Shown piece after piece: positions 28,363 through 37,739 of a stretch of DNA of 64,000 nucleotides. The stretch's first letter is position 1, and the number at the start of each line of letters is the position of its first letter. This stretch comes from Fimbriimonadales bacterium (GTDB lineage: Bacteria; Armatimonadota; Fimbriimonadia; Fimbriimonadales; ATM1), in contig JBGTLG010000026.1 of the NCBI GenBank assembly GCA_041744215.1, forward strand, positions 15,598 through 79,597, read 5' to 3'. The notes beneath the pieces were generated by a model. That model did no database searches. It had not been told where the DNA came from and saw nothing but the letters and a program-made list of their open reading frames with translations. Made by a program: the position numbers and the translations under genes.

Positions 28363-29856
28363 ATGACCGAAATGAGCGAAAGAGGGCCCGCGAATCGCGT
28401 TTTGTTTTTGAACACCCTCGCGTTCACGGTGTGCTTTGCCGTTTGGACGCTCTACGGCGTGCTGATCACCTTTCTTTCCGATCGTCAGGTGCTCGAACTC
28501 GACAAAGCTCAGGTTGGGTGGCTGATCGGGATTCCCATCTTGTCCGGGTCGATTCTACGATTGCCGATCGGCCTCTGGACCGACCGATACGGAGGCAAGC
28601 CGGTGTACATCGGCGTGATGCTGTTCGCAGCCACTTCAGTGTTCCTGGTAAGTTTTGCAAACACATTTTGGGCGTTCTTCTTTGGAGGTCTCGCGTTTGG
28701 AACTGCAGGCGCAGCGTTCGCGGTGGGGATTGCGTACTCGTCTGTTTGGTTCGCTAAGGAGAAGCAGGGAACTGCGCTCGGCATCTTCGGAATTGGAAAC
28801 GCGGGAGCGGCTGTAACGACGCTCGCAGCTCCAGCGTTGCTTGCCGTGTTCACCGAAGGGGGCGCAAACCTTGAAGGTTGGCGCATGCTGCCCCGTGTGT
28901 ACGCGATGGCACTCATCGTGATGACAGTCGTATTCGCGTTGCTTGCAGTCCCGCGCAAGGTCGAAGGCGCATCGGATCGAACCATCGGCGACATGCTCCG
29001 ACCTTTACGAGACCTGCGAGTTTGGCGCTTCGGTCTCTATTACTTTCTCGTTTTTGGCGCGTTCGTTGCTCTCGCACAATGGCTTGTCCCTTACTATCTC
29101 AACGTATACGGCATGTCTCTCGCGATGGCTGGATTGATGGCTTCTATCTTCAGTTTTCCGTCCGGTGTCGTTCGTGCACTCGGAGGATACATTAGCGACA
29201 AGTTCGGTGCGCGGTCGACGATGTACTGGGTTCTCGCGACGTGTGTTTTGTTTAGTCTGATGCTTGTTGCGCCGCGCATGGATATTAAGTCACCCGGTGA
29301 AGGAGTCATGGCAGAGAGAGCCGGCGTTGTGACCGGCGTTACCGAATCCACGGTTTCAGTCGATCAAAAGACCTACCCGCTGAAAATCCGCCCCGAGCAG
29401 GACTCTCGCCTCATGGAGGAAGGAACGCTCGTGTTCCCAACTTTTGAGTCATGGCAGGAACCCGCGGTCGCTGTCGGGCAAGAAGTGAAAAAGCGCGAGC
29501 TTGTCGCCCGGGGCATCACGCATGTCTACTTCCAAGCCAACGTATGGATCTTCACTGCGCTGGTTTTTCTGCTCGGGATCTCGATGGGTATTGGTAAAGC
29601 CGCAGTGTATAAGCATATCCCCGAGTACTTCCCAAAAGATATCGGAGTCGTAGGCGGCATAGTCGGAGTCATAGGTGGGCTGGGAGGATTCTTCTGCCCG
29701 ATCCTCTTCGGCTACATGCTCAAAGCAACGGGCGTTTGGACGACGTGTTGGCTCTTCCTGGGAATCATCGGGATCGTCAGCCTAGTGTGGATGCATATGG
29801 TTATTCTAAAGATGACACGCGGCATGACCCCACCGGGTCCCCTGGACAAGAACTAA
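28363..29856 (+). CDS. narK: Nitrate/nitrite MFS transporter (NarK1-like)
   Basis: LRLPIG, FAVGI, QGTALGIFGIGNAG, YFLVFGAFVA, RALGG. Confidence 0.88.
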   Translation: MTEMSERGPANRVLFLNTLAFTVCFAVWTLYGVLITFLSDRQVLELDKAQVGWLIGIPILSGSILRLPIGLWTDRYGGKPVYIGVMLFAATSVFLVSFANTFWAFFFGGLAFGTAGAAFAVGIAYSSVWFAKEKQGTALGIFGIGNAGAAVTTLAAPALLAVFTEGGANLEGWRMLPRVYAMALIVMTVVFALLAVPRKVEGASDRTIGDMLRPLRDLRVWRFGLYYFLVFGAFVALAQWLVPYYLNVYGMSLAMAGLMASIFSFPSGVVRALGGYISDKFGARSTMYWVLATCVLFSLMLVAPRMDIKSPGEGVMAERAGVVTGVTESTVSVDQKTYPLKIRPEQDSRLMEEGTLVFPTFESWQEPAVAVGQEVKKRELVARGITHVYFQANVWIFTALVFLLGISMGIGKAAVYKHIPEYFPKDIGVVGGIVGVIGGLGGFFCPILFGYMLKATGVWTTCWLFLGIIGIVSLVWMHMVILKMTRGMTPPGPLDKN

Positions 29857-29868
29857 GGAATGTAACGA

Positions 29869-31206
29869 ATGTCGAATAAGCAAGAATCTGCAAAGGGCAA
29901 TGCCGGATGGAACCCGGAAGATGTTTCATTCTGGCAATCACAAGGAAGCAAAATCGCGTGGCGCAGTCTTTGGTTGACTACGTTTTGTTTGATCCTCTCA
30001 TTCGCAACATGGTTCATGGTCAGCGCAATTGTAGTGAAGCTGTCCGGAATCGGCTTCAAGTTCACCGAATCGCAGCTGTTCTGGTTGAATGCAATGCCGG
30101 GACTCGCCGCAGGCTCCCTTAGAATTGTCCACACGTTTTTGATTCCAATCTTTGGTACGCGACTAACCGTCACGATCTCGACTTTGCTGCTGCTTGTTCC
30201 TTGCATCGGTTGGGGCATGGCTGTCCAAAATCCAGACACAAGCTATGCGACTTTTATGGTTCTCGGGTTTCTGGCCGGGCTCGGAGGAGGCAACTTCAGC
30301 TCTTTCATGCCAAGCACGAGCCTGTTCTTCCCAAAGCGTCTTCAAGGCTCCGCGCTTGGAGTCCAAGCTGGAATCGGGAACTTTGGCGTGAGTGTCGCGC
30401 AATTCACAATCCCCTGGGTCATCGGCTTCTCGATGATCGGGAGCCTTGGCGCAGCCCAAACTTTCACACAAGACGGCAAAGTCACAGAAATCTGGTTGCA
30501 AAACGCGGCATATCTTTGGGTTCCATTTGTTGTCTTAGCAGGAGTACTCGCGTGGATCTCTTTGCGGAGCGTCCCCGTCAAGGCGACGTTCCGTGAGCAA
30601 CTCGACATCTTCAAAGACAAGCACACATGGCTAATGACATCGCTCTACATGATGACGTTCGGCTCATTCAGCGGCTATGCGGCTGCGTTTCCGCTCTTGA
30701 TAAGAAACGTTTATGGGAAGTTCGACGGAGCGCCTGAGCCCCTTGCGTACGCGTTTCTCGGACCGCTAATTGGCGCGGGCATTCGAGCTGCCTTTGGGCC
30801 AATCAGCGATAAGCTCGGTGGAGCGAGAGTGACGATGCTGAGCGCTATCGGGCTGTTCGTTTGTGCGATTGGCGTCACCTTTTTTACGAATCCAAACTCT
30901 CTCGACCAGTGGCCCGGATTCCTTGCATTCATGCTGGGGCTGTTTCTATTCAGCGGAATCGGCAATGCCTCTACCTTCAAGCAAATGCCGATGATCTTTC
31001 CGCCGAGGCAAGCGGGAGGTGTGATCGGTTGGACCGCAGCAATCGCAGCTTACGGTCCCTTCCTGTTCTCGGTACTTTTCGGCGCGGTCATCGCATCGAC
31101 TGGATCTCCAACTGCATTCTTTTACGGCGCAGCAGCGTTCTATGCGATCAACCTGTGGATTAACTGGTGGTTCTATATGCGCAAGAACGCGGAGAAGCCA
31201 TGTTGA
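29869..31206 (+). CDS. narK: Nitrate/nitrite MFS transporter (NarK2-like)
   Basis: WNPED..FW, GGGNFSS, GIGNFG, TFGSFSG, GNASTF. Confidence 0.92.
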   Translation: MSNKQESAKGNAGWNPEDVSFWQSQGSKIAWRSLWLTTFCLILSFATWFMVSAIVVKLSGIGFKFTESQLFWLNAMPGLAAGSLRIVHTFLIPIFGTRLTVTISTLLLLVPCIGWGMAVQNPDTSYATFMVLGFLAGLGGGNFSSFMPSTSLFFPKRLQGSALGVQAGIGNFGVSVAQFTIPWVIGFSMIGSLGAAQTFTQDGKVTEIWLQNAAYLWVPFVVLAGVLAWISLRSVPVKATFREQLDIFKDKHTWLMTSLYMMTFGSFSGYAAAFPLLIRNVYGKFDGAPEPLAYAFLGPLIGAGIRAAFGPISDKLGGARVTMLSAIGLFVCAIGVTFFTNPNSLDQWPGFLAFMLGLFLFSGIGNASTFKQMPMIFPPRQAGGVIGWTAAIAAYGPFLFSVLFGAVIASTGSPTAFFYGAAAFYAINLWINWWFYMRKNAEKPC

Positions 31207-31556
31207 TGTTAGTGCACGGACCCGCTTATCTCGCGGTGATGGGCAACAGCTTTTCAAGTACTGTTTCCGTGGGCATTTCTTCTCACATGATCATCGGCTT
31301 CGAGATGCGAGTGATTGCGAAGACGAATGACCTCGACGTGCGCCGCCTTGTTCCGCTCTGGACTGCTTTCGTTCCGCTAAACCTTGGACACGGTATGCGG
31401 GCTGGTCTCGCGCTTATGACAGACTATGCGACAACAGCCTTCATACCGACGGGTGTGGCAGGGTTCATAGTAGCGAGCGTACCAGTAATCTGCGCAGTTG
31501 ATGTCTCCCGCCCACTCGCTCCGAAAGGGCTTAGAAGGACGTACAGTGTCACCTAA
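31206..31556 (+). pseudogene. Degenerate C-terminal fragment of an NnrS-like membrane protein
   Basis: VGISSHMIIG...LWTAFVPLNLG...MTD resembles, from memory, NnrS-like C-termini; far too short for a full protein. Confidence 0.4.
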
Positions 31557-32277
31557 AAAGTCAACATCGACCAATCCAGCCAATGGAGCGCAGCCAAGTG
31601 TGCTGCAAGCATTGCAAGCTTGCTCGCTTTTGAACGCCTTGACGGATGATGAGCGGCTGGCGCTCGCGGAGAAGTCCTACCTGGCTTACGCTGAACGAGG
31701 AGAGGCGATTTGGGTTGCCGGTGCGCCTTCCCATTTCGTGGCCATTGTCGGGCAAGGCTTTGTAAAGATGACCAGAACAACGCCGCAGGGATCCGAAGTT
31801 GCGATGGAGCTGCTTGGACCCGGACAGTGCTTCGGTCTGTTTGCTGCCCTTGAGGGTCGTTCCTATCCGCTGGCTGCGGTTGCCGTTACCAACACCTGGT
31901 ACGCAAAGATTCCGACTCGGGAATTGATGGAAGTTTACAACCGGAGTTCAGGGTTCAAGGATCAAGCTGTCAGGTCTCTCGGCCCAAGGTTGCGCCGCGC
32001 ACACGACATGATGGCCAGAATGTCAACGGGAAAAGTTGATCAGAGAATCGCCGCCGTGTTGTTGATCCTCATGGATGCCTACGGGGAAAAAATCGACGGT
32101 AAGGTTAGGATCAGTGTTCCGTTGACGCGACAGGACCTGGCCGAAATGGCGGGCACGACTGTGGAGACTTCGATTAGGGTGATGAGTCGATGGCAAAAGG
32201 AAGGCATTGTCGCGACGGACCACCAGGTAATCACCATTGTCGATCCGATAGCGCTCGATGAGTCACTGTTGATGTAG
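31546..32277 (+). CDS. Crp/Fnr family transcriptional regulator (DNR/NnrR-like, no FNR Cys cluster)
   Basis: cNMP-type domain; LTRQDLAEMAGTTVETSIRVMS HTH. Confidence 0.9.
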   Translation: MSPKKSTSTNPANGAQPSVLQALQACSLLNALTDDERLALAEKSYLAYAERGEAIWVAGAPSHFVAIVGQGFVKMTRTTPQGSEVAMELLGPGQCFGLFAALEGRSYPLAAVAVTNTWYAKIPTRELMEVYNRSSGFKDQAVRSLGPRLRRAHDMMARMSTGKVDQRIAAVLLILMDAYGEKIDGKVRISVPLTRQDLAEMAGTTVETSIRVMSRWQKEGIVATDHQVITIVDPIALDESLLM

Positions 32278-32841
32278 CAAAGCGCTCAGCTCTGCGGGGG
32301 TGTTTGCTCCCAGTACACAGCGTGGGTCTAGGCGAGAATCTCGAAGATCGTCTTCATGTACAACCTGTACGTTCAGAGATCCAATCCACTCCATTACGCG
32401 TCGTTCTCCGCTCTCAACAAGACTGCGAGCTTCACTTAGGGTACGCGATGAGTAGAGTGCGCAAAGCGGCTGCAAACGACCACTAATCTCGGGAACCGCT
32501 GCGTCCGATTCTCCGATACGTTCTGACAGAAATGTGACTATGCGGGGGTCGAAAAGGGGAATGTCGCAAGAACAAAGAAAAAAACACTTCGCGTGCGGGT
32601 CAAACGAAGCGATCGCGGTCAAAGGTCCGGAATGCGGCTCGGCGTCGGGAATCTGATCGAAATCGGTGGACGCTAGCTGGCCAAGCACAGTCAAGCTGTA
32701 TCCAGCTTCCACCAGCAGCCTCGCGATCCGCACCCCGATAGGCTCACCCTCTATCAGCGTAGATGCCTTGTCCCGGCCCATGCGAGAACTTCGTCCACCC
32801 GCAAGCAGAACGCATTGAACAGTTTGGCACTTGCTCACCAA
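32263..32841 (-). CDS. mobA: Molybdenum cofactor guanylyltransferase
   Basis: LAGGRSSRMGRDKA, GPL, CDIP, QPLCALY, NTP. Confidence 0.9.
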   Translation of the reverse strand: MVSKCQTVQCVLLAGGRSSRMGRDKASTLIEGEPIGVRIARLLVEAGYSLTVLGQLASTDFDQIPDAEPHSGPLTAIASFDPHAKCFFLCSCDIPLFDPRIVTFLSERIGESDAAVPEISGRLQPLCALYSSRTLSEARSLVESGERRVMEWIGSLNVQVVHEDDLRDSRLDPRCVLGANTPAELSALLHQQ

Positions 32842-32842
32842 G

Positions 32843-32858
32843 TGTGACCACCGTCATA
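32843..32858. promoter_or_regulatory. Possible third Crp/Fnr operator TGTGA-N6-TCATA in the divergent mobA/CMD promoter
   Basis: Same TGA-N6-TCA geometry as the other two boxes; TACAAT at 32870. Confidence 0.45.
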
Positions 32859-32892
32859 GAGAAAAGGCGTACAATGCAGGAATAGAAGACAC

Positions 32893-33213
32893 ATGGGCGA
32901 ACTTCCAAAACAGTACCGCAGATTCCTCGAGGATTATCCCGGAGTGGGCGAGGCATACCATGCTCTCGGCCAAGCCGTAGGCTCGGCAGGGCCGCTTGAC
33001 GCAAAGACGCGGGAGCTGATCAAGATCGGCATCTCGCTGGCCGCGCGACAAGAGGGCGGCCTGCGGAGCCATGTGCGCAAGGCGCGCGATGCGGGCGCTA
33101 CTGCCGATGAGATCCGACACGCGATTCTGCAAGCGACGACGACCGTCGGATTCCCCAACATGATGGCCGGGCTCTCATGGGCAAACGAGGTGATCGAAGA
33201 AGATGATGCGTAG
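32893..33213 (+). CDS. Carboxymuconolactone decarboxylase/AhpD family protein
   Basis: LDAKTRELI, HVRKA..AGAT.DEI, GFP. Confidence 0.85.
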   Translation: MGELPKQYRRFLEDYPGVGEAYHALGQAVGSAGPLDAKTRELIKIGISLAARQEGGLRSHVRKARDAGATADEIRHAILQATTTVGFPNMMAGLSWANEVIEEDDA

Positions 33214-34240
33214 CAGCAAGCGATCGCAATGGATATCACTTGGGACCGGATTTGCGGCTGCAGCACTAGTGGTCGCTGGCATTTACTTTGGATCAGGGGG
33301 TCTGACTCGGTTTGATTCTCCGCTCGCTGCCTATGCAGCAGCGACAGTTTTTGCGGCGTTCGCCGTCGTCTACCGTTACACCATGTGGATTCAGCGCCCG
33401 CCCACGTGGCGGTACTTCAAATCAGGATGGAAGCTCTTCTTGAAGCCGACCAGACTCCTTCCTAACATAGTCAAGTTTGTTGGGTTGCTCTGGCACAACA
33501 TCATTGCTCAGAGATTCATTGAAAAGCGTAGCCCTCAGCGCTGGATGGCGCACATGTGCATCGCCTGGGGTTGCATGATTGCGTTCGCCATAACGTTTCC
33601 GCTGAGTTGGGGATGGATACAATTCAATTCGGCGGAGAATGGAAAAGACTACGTCGTGGAGTTCATGGGAAGGGGGATAATCGCGTTTTCGCCAGATGGG
33701 CTGCTCGGATTTCTTTTCTTTAATGGACTGAACATTAGCGCGGTTCTGGTTCTCACCGGAGTCGCTCTCGCGATGCATCGGCGTGTTTTTGAACACGGGG
33801 CGCAAGCAGTCCAGTCTATCGCTTCCGATATGATTCCATTGTTCATTCTTTTTGCAGTCTCGGTAACTGGATTGATGCTGACAGCTAGTTACAAATTGAT
33901 GGGAGGAACTCACTTCTCTTTCCTCTCGCTGCTCCACGCGTTCACCGTCATCGTCTTCCTGCTTTATCTGCCGTTTGGCAAGTTCTTCCATGTCATTCAG
34001 CGCCCCGCGCAATTGGGAGTGGCTTACTATAAGGAGGAAGGGTTGAGGGGAGAAATGGCGACATGCTTGAGATCACATGAACCTTACCAAACTCAATTGC
34101 ATCACGACGACTTGGTTGATGCGATGAAGGAGATAGGGTTCGATTTCGGGGCCCACCAAGATCTCTCTCCGGCTATAAAGCGCAAACTGATCGCACTCAA
34201 TCAATCTTCAGCGATTGACGGTGTGCCGTTTGTCGGGTGA
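33206..34240 (+). CDS. Polytopic membrane protein, NarI-like putative cytochrome b subunit
   Basis: TM-associated His residues (WMAHM, LLHAF, PFGKFFH). Confidence 0.6.
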   Translation: MRSSKRSQWISLGTGFAAAALVVAGIYFGSGGLTRFDSPLAAYAAATVFAAFAVVYRYTMWIQRPPTWRYFKSGWKLFLKPTRLLPNIVKFVGLLWHNIIAQRFIEKRSPQRWMAHMCIAWGCMIAFAITFPLSWGWIQFNSAENGKDYVVEFMGRGIIAFSPDGLLGFLFFNGLNISAVLVLTGVALAMHRRVFEHGAQAVQSIASDMIPLFILFAVSVTGLMLTASYKLMGGTHFSFLSLLHAFTVIVFLLYLPFGKFFHVIQRPAQLGVAYYKEEGLRGEMATCLRSHEPYQTQLHHDDLVDAMKEIGFDFGAHQDLSPAIKRKLIALNQSSAIDGVPFVG

Positions 34241-34474
34241 TCAATCTGCAGAATCTAAGCGATTGATGCCGACTAACATCCAGACGTTTATCAGCAGAAT
34301 CGCGACGCTCGCAATACCGGCAGGTAGCGCAACTTCGTAATGCCCGGCAAGCATGTTCTCAAAAGCCGCCACGAATAGCCAAAGCTGAAGCATCACGAGA
34401 ATGAGGATGAACGCGAGCAGCGCCCCGAATACGATGGACTTTTGTTCCTGACGCCCTGGGTGCTGTGAGTTCAA
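34241..34474 (-). CDS. Small two-TM protein (DUF6755-like)
   Basis: LQLWL motif; TTG start overlaps the Rieske stop. Confidence 0.6.
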   Translation of the reverse strand: MNSQHPGRQEQKSIVFGALLAFILILVMLQLWLFVAAFENMLAGHYEVALPAGIASVAILLINVWMLVGINRLDSAD

Positions 34475-34965
34475 GATCCCTCCTTCAGCGTGACGCCTAC
34501 CGCCCATATCTCGCCATTGCGCTCTTCAATCAAAATGCTCGGTAGCGGATGGGGAGGCGGCCCTTGAAGCACGCTGCCGTCGTCGACCGCGAACGCGCCG
34601 TTGTGACAGGGGCAGTAAAGGCGATTCTTGTCCGGCTCGTAATTGACGGGACAGGAAAGGTGCGTGCAACGACGTGAGTAAGCAACCAACTCACCGCTCG
34701 GCTTTCTCACCAAAATACACAGGTCATGCTGACGCGGATAACGGAACGACATCGCGGCGCCTGGGAGAAGAGCCCCTCCACCAACAATGTGCATCGGCTC
34801 GAATCTACGCTCCTCCCGCGGTATCTTTGACCAAATGGCCATCGTCGCCGAACCAAGAGCCAGGCCTCCACTCGCGAGCGTGAGAAACTTGAAAAACTCG
34901 CGCCGACTGACATAGTTGTCCTCTTCCCAATCAATCGGAAAATCCTGTTGCAGCTTGCCTTCCAT
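34471..34965 (-). CDS. Rieske 2Fe-2S protein with Tat-like anchor
   Basis: SRREFF; CTHLSC and CPCHNG. Confidence 0.92.
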   Translation of the reverse strand: MEGKLQQDFPIDWEEDNYVSRREFFKFLTLASGGLALGSATMAIWSKIPREERRFEPMHIVGGGALLPGAAMSFRYPRQHDLCILVRKPSGELVAYSRRCTHLSCPVNYEPDKNRLYCPCHNGAFAVDDGSVLQGPPPHPLPSILIEERNGEIWAVGVTLKEGS

Positions 34966-35564
34966 CAATTCGTCCTCGCAGTTTGGAGCAGATCACTCTT
35001 TCGAATCAATGGGTCGGACTGCACGGTCATGCGCTTCGTCCCGGACGGCATCATCAAGTGAACTTTGGTGTGGATCGTTCGGCCTCCAAAGTCAAATTCG
35101 TTGATTGGCGTGCCTCCCCTGAAGGTAGCAATTTCTTCAGGAGTACCGAAGAACAGCGCCTGCGATGGACAGACGGTCGCACACATCGGTTTCTTTCCTG
35201 CCGAAGTGCGATCGTAACACATGTCGCACTTCATCATCTGATCGATTGCAGAGTCGTACTTCGGAACTCCAAACGGGCACGCGTACACACAGTTCGTGCA
35301 GCCAATACATCGCGGCTTCAATGAGGATTGAACGACTCCGTCCGGAGTCCGCTTGATTGCATCGGCTGGGCATACGGCGGCGCACGCAGGTTCGCTGCAA
35401 TGCATGCAGATAATGGGTGTGGTCTGAACCGTGTCACCTCGCATGATGGTTTCGAGATGAATCATGGAGACGCCTGCGTGTGTCTCGCATTCAGCGCAAG
35501 CCTCCACGCAGGCATTGCAGCCAATGCATCGACTCGGATCTATGTAGAACTGGCGCTCACTCAT
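34965..35564 (-). CDS. 4Fe-4S dicluster electron-transfer subunit (DmsB/NrfC-like)
   Basis: CIGCNAC, CMHC..PAC..VCP, CIGCTNC..ACP, KCDMC...CATVCP. Confidence 0.92.
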   Translation of the reverse strand: MSERQFYIDPSRCIGCNACVEACAECETHAGVSMIHLETIMRGDTVQTTPIICMHCSEPACAAVCPADAIKRTPDGVVQSSLKPRCIGCTNCVYACPFGVPKYDSAIDQMMKCDMCYDRTSAGKKPMCATVCPSQALFFGTPEEIATFRGGTPINEFDFGGRTIHTKVHLMMPSGTKRMTVQSDPLIRKSDLLQTARTN

Positions 35565-35624
35565 TGCAGATCACACGCTGTCAACATAAGATACCCATAG
35601 TCCTCCAACCAGCACCGACCAGAC

Positions 35625-35640
35625 CATGATCGCGATCATA
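35625..35640. promoter_or_regulatory. Crp/Fnr-type palindromic operator CATGATCGCGATCATA
   Basis: Identical to 28318-28333; about 60 bp upstream of the 4Fe-4S gene. Confidence 0.7.
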
Positions 35641-35945
35641 GCCTCCAGGCTCAGAGAGGAAATCCTAACCCTGTGCTCATCATAGGAGTCCCCCTGGCGC
35701 CCGTTTTCGACGTGCAGCCGGCTTCCGACTGGCCTATGCGAATGTTGCCCTGGCGTTTCTTCGAATCTCCGGGGTCGACGGCGCGCTGACGGCCGGCAGG
35801 AATTCGGAGCTTTCGAGTTCGATGTCGACGCGGCTTTACTGTTTCGGCACTGAGGCGGTGCCTGGCATAATCAACGAGCAGGTCTGGATCGCACAACGCT
35901 TCGACGTGCGGAACAACGATCTGCAAGCTTTGAAAAAGATTTCAC

Positions 35946-37709
35946 ATGGGAAGTCGGACTCCGCTACCACGCGCATGGATCAGATCACCAGTCAACGACT
36001 GTTGGTTTGAGTACTCGGATCTGTCGCATGTTTGCGTCGCGCGCGAGCCAAATGAAATCGGACCGCTGCTTTCCGAGGTTGAAGATGCAAGCAAGCAAGG
36101 CCTCTTCGCCGCAGGGTTTATCTCCTACGGTGCAGCAACTGCTTTCGATTCAAAGCTGACGGCTCAGCAGTCGACTCGATTCCCCTTGGCGTGGTTCGGG
36201 ATCTTTCGCCAGGTTGAAAAGCTACAGTCACTTTCACCCGCTAACGATCTCAGCGTAAACGTTGAATGGCACGCATCGACATCAACGGAACAATACTTTC
36301 ATCACCTGGGCGCGATCCGCGACTATCTGGAAAGCGGGGACGCATACCTTGTCAACTACACATTTAGGCTCCGATCGAATTCCGAAGCCGATCCGTTCGC
36401 GCTGCTTCACCGGATTACGTCACCGAGCCCGCCACCTTACTCTGCGTTCATCGAGACCGACGAATGGGCGATTTGCAGTGGATCGCCGGAACTGTTTTTC
36501 AGTGTTGACGGAGAGCTGATTTCGTCGCGACCGATGAAGGGAACCGCGCCCAGAGGGCTTTGGTTCGATGATGACGTACGCCAAGCACACGAATTGCGCA
36601 GCTCGATCAAGGAGCGCGCAGAAAACTTAATGGTCGTCGACATGGTAAGAAACGACTTAGGCCGGATCGCAAACCCAGGGACGGTCCACGTTTCCGAGTT
36701 GTTTTCGCTGGAACGCTATCCAACTCTCTGGCAGATGACGTCGACGGTTCAGGCGGAAACGGAAGCTTCGCTGCAAGAGATCTTCGCTGCGCTCTTCCCC
36801 CCAGCTTCTGTAACCGGGACGCCTAAGCGTCGCGCGATGGAAATCATTAGCGAACTCGAAACGGAACCGCGCCAACTCTACACGGGTGCAATCGGATTCG
36901 TCCATCCGAATCGACAGATGCAGTTCAATGTGGCCATCCGCACCGTACTGGTCGATCTGCAAGCCAGCCAGCTTGAGTACGGCGTCGGCGGAGGCATCGT
37001 ATGGGATTCGGACCCAAACGAGGAGTTTGAAGAGTGTCTGATTAAGGCCAACATTCTCGAACCGTTAGACAGTTCGTTTGAACTGATCGAAACGATGCGT
37101 TGGTCACCCGACACAGGCTTCTTGCTCCTACCCCTCCATCTCAAGCGATTGCGCGAGTCATCGGTCTACTTCGGATTCAACTTCGACGCGGAGCGCGTGT
37201 TGCAAAGCTTACAAGAGTTGGAGGCTTCTCTTGCAAGCGAGACATATCGCGTTCGCCTCTCTCTGCGCCGTGATGGCAACGTTTGCTTCGAGGCGATCTT
37301 CTTAGATCAAAAGGCTCGACTCTTCGCGGATGTCTGCCTCTCTGCGAATCCGATAGAAAGCAACCATCCGATGCTATATCACAAAACTTCCGACCGCAGC
37401 GTTTATGAAAGGGCCCTACTTGAATCAGGAGGCGGTGAGGATGTCCTGCTGTTCAATGAGCGCGGCGAGGTTACAGAGTCCACGATCGCAAACTTTGCTT
37501 ACGAGCTCGATGGACAACTTTACACTCCGCCAATCGAATGTGGCCTGCTTCCCGGGATCTATCGAGCGTGGTTGATTGAGCAAGGTCAGCTTAAGGAGCG
37601 CGCGATTAGTGTCGAGGATGCGCTGAAACTGCCGCACATCTTTCTGATGAATTCAGTGCGTGGGCTGCAGAAAGTTCAGCTTCATCGACTTGCTGCGTCG
37701 GATCGGTAG
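35946..37709 (+). CDS. pabB: Aminodeoxychorismate synthase component I fused to ADC lyase (PabB-PabC)
   Basis: SPELF, PMKGT, AENLMVVDMVRNDLG; C-terminal class IV aminotransferase-like YHKT, GLLPG, NSVRG. Confidence 0.9.
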   Translation: MGSRTPLPRAWIRSPVNDCWFEYSDLSHVCVAREPNEIGPLLSEVEDASKQGLFAAGFISYGAATAFDSKLTAQQSTRFPLAWFGIFRQVEKLQSLSPANDLSVNVEWHASTSTEQYFHHLGAIRDYLESGDAYLVNYTFRLRSNSEADPFALLHRITSPSPPPYSAFIETDEWAICSGSPELFFSVDGELISSRPMKGTAPRGLWFDDDVRQAHELRSSIKERAENLMVVDMVRNDLGRIANPGTVHVSELFSLERYPTLWQMTSTVQAETEASLQEIFAALFPPASVTGTPKRRAMEIISELETEPRQLYTGAIGFVHPNRQMQFNVAIRTVLVDLQASQLEYGVGGGIVWDSDPNEEFEECLIKANILEPLDSSFELIETMRWSPDTGFLLLPLHLKRLRESSVYFGFNFDAERVLQSLQELEASLASETYRVRLSLRRDGNVCFEAIFLDQKARLFADVCLSANPIESNHPMLYHKTSDRSVYERALLESGGGEDVLLFNERGEVTESTIANFAYELDGQLYTPPIECGLLPGIYRAWLIEQGQLKERAISVEDALKLPHIFLMNSVRGLQKVQLHRLAASDR

Positions 37710-37739
37710 CCATGTTGGTTGACCCGGTTCGTATCGAAT

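Noticed and set aside
35651-35945. Short ORFs between the 4Fe-4S gene and pabB
   Set aside because: No recognisable motif or RBS in any frame; possibly a decayed gene
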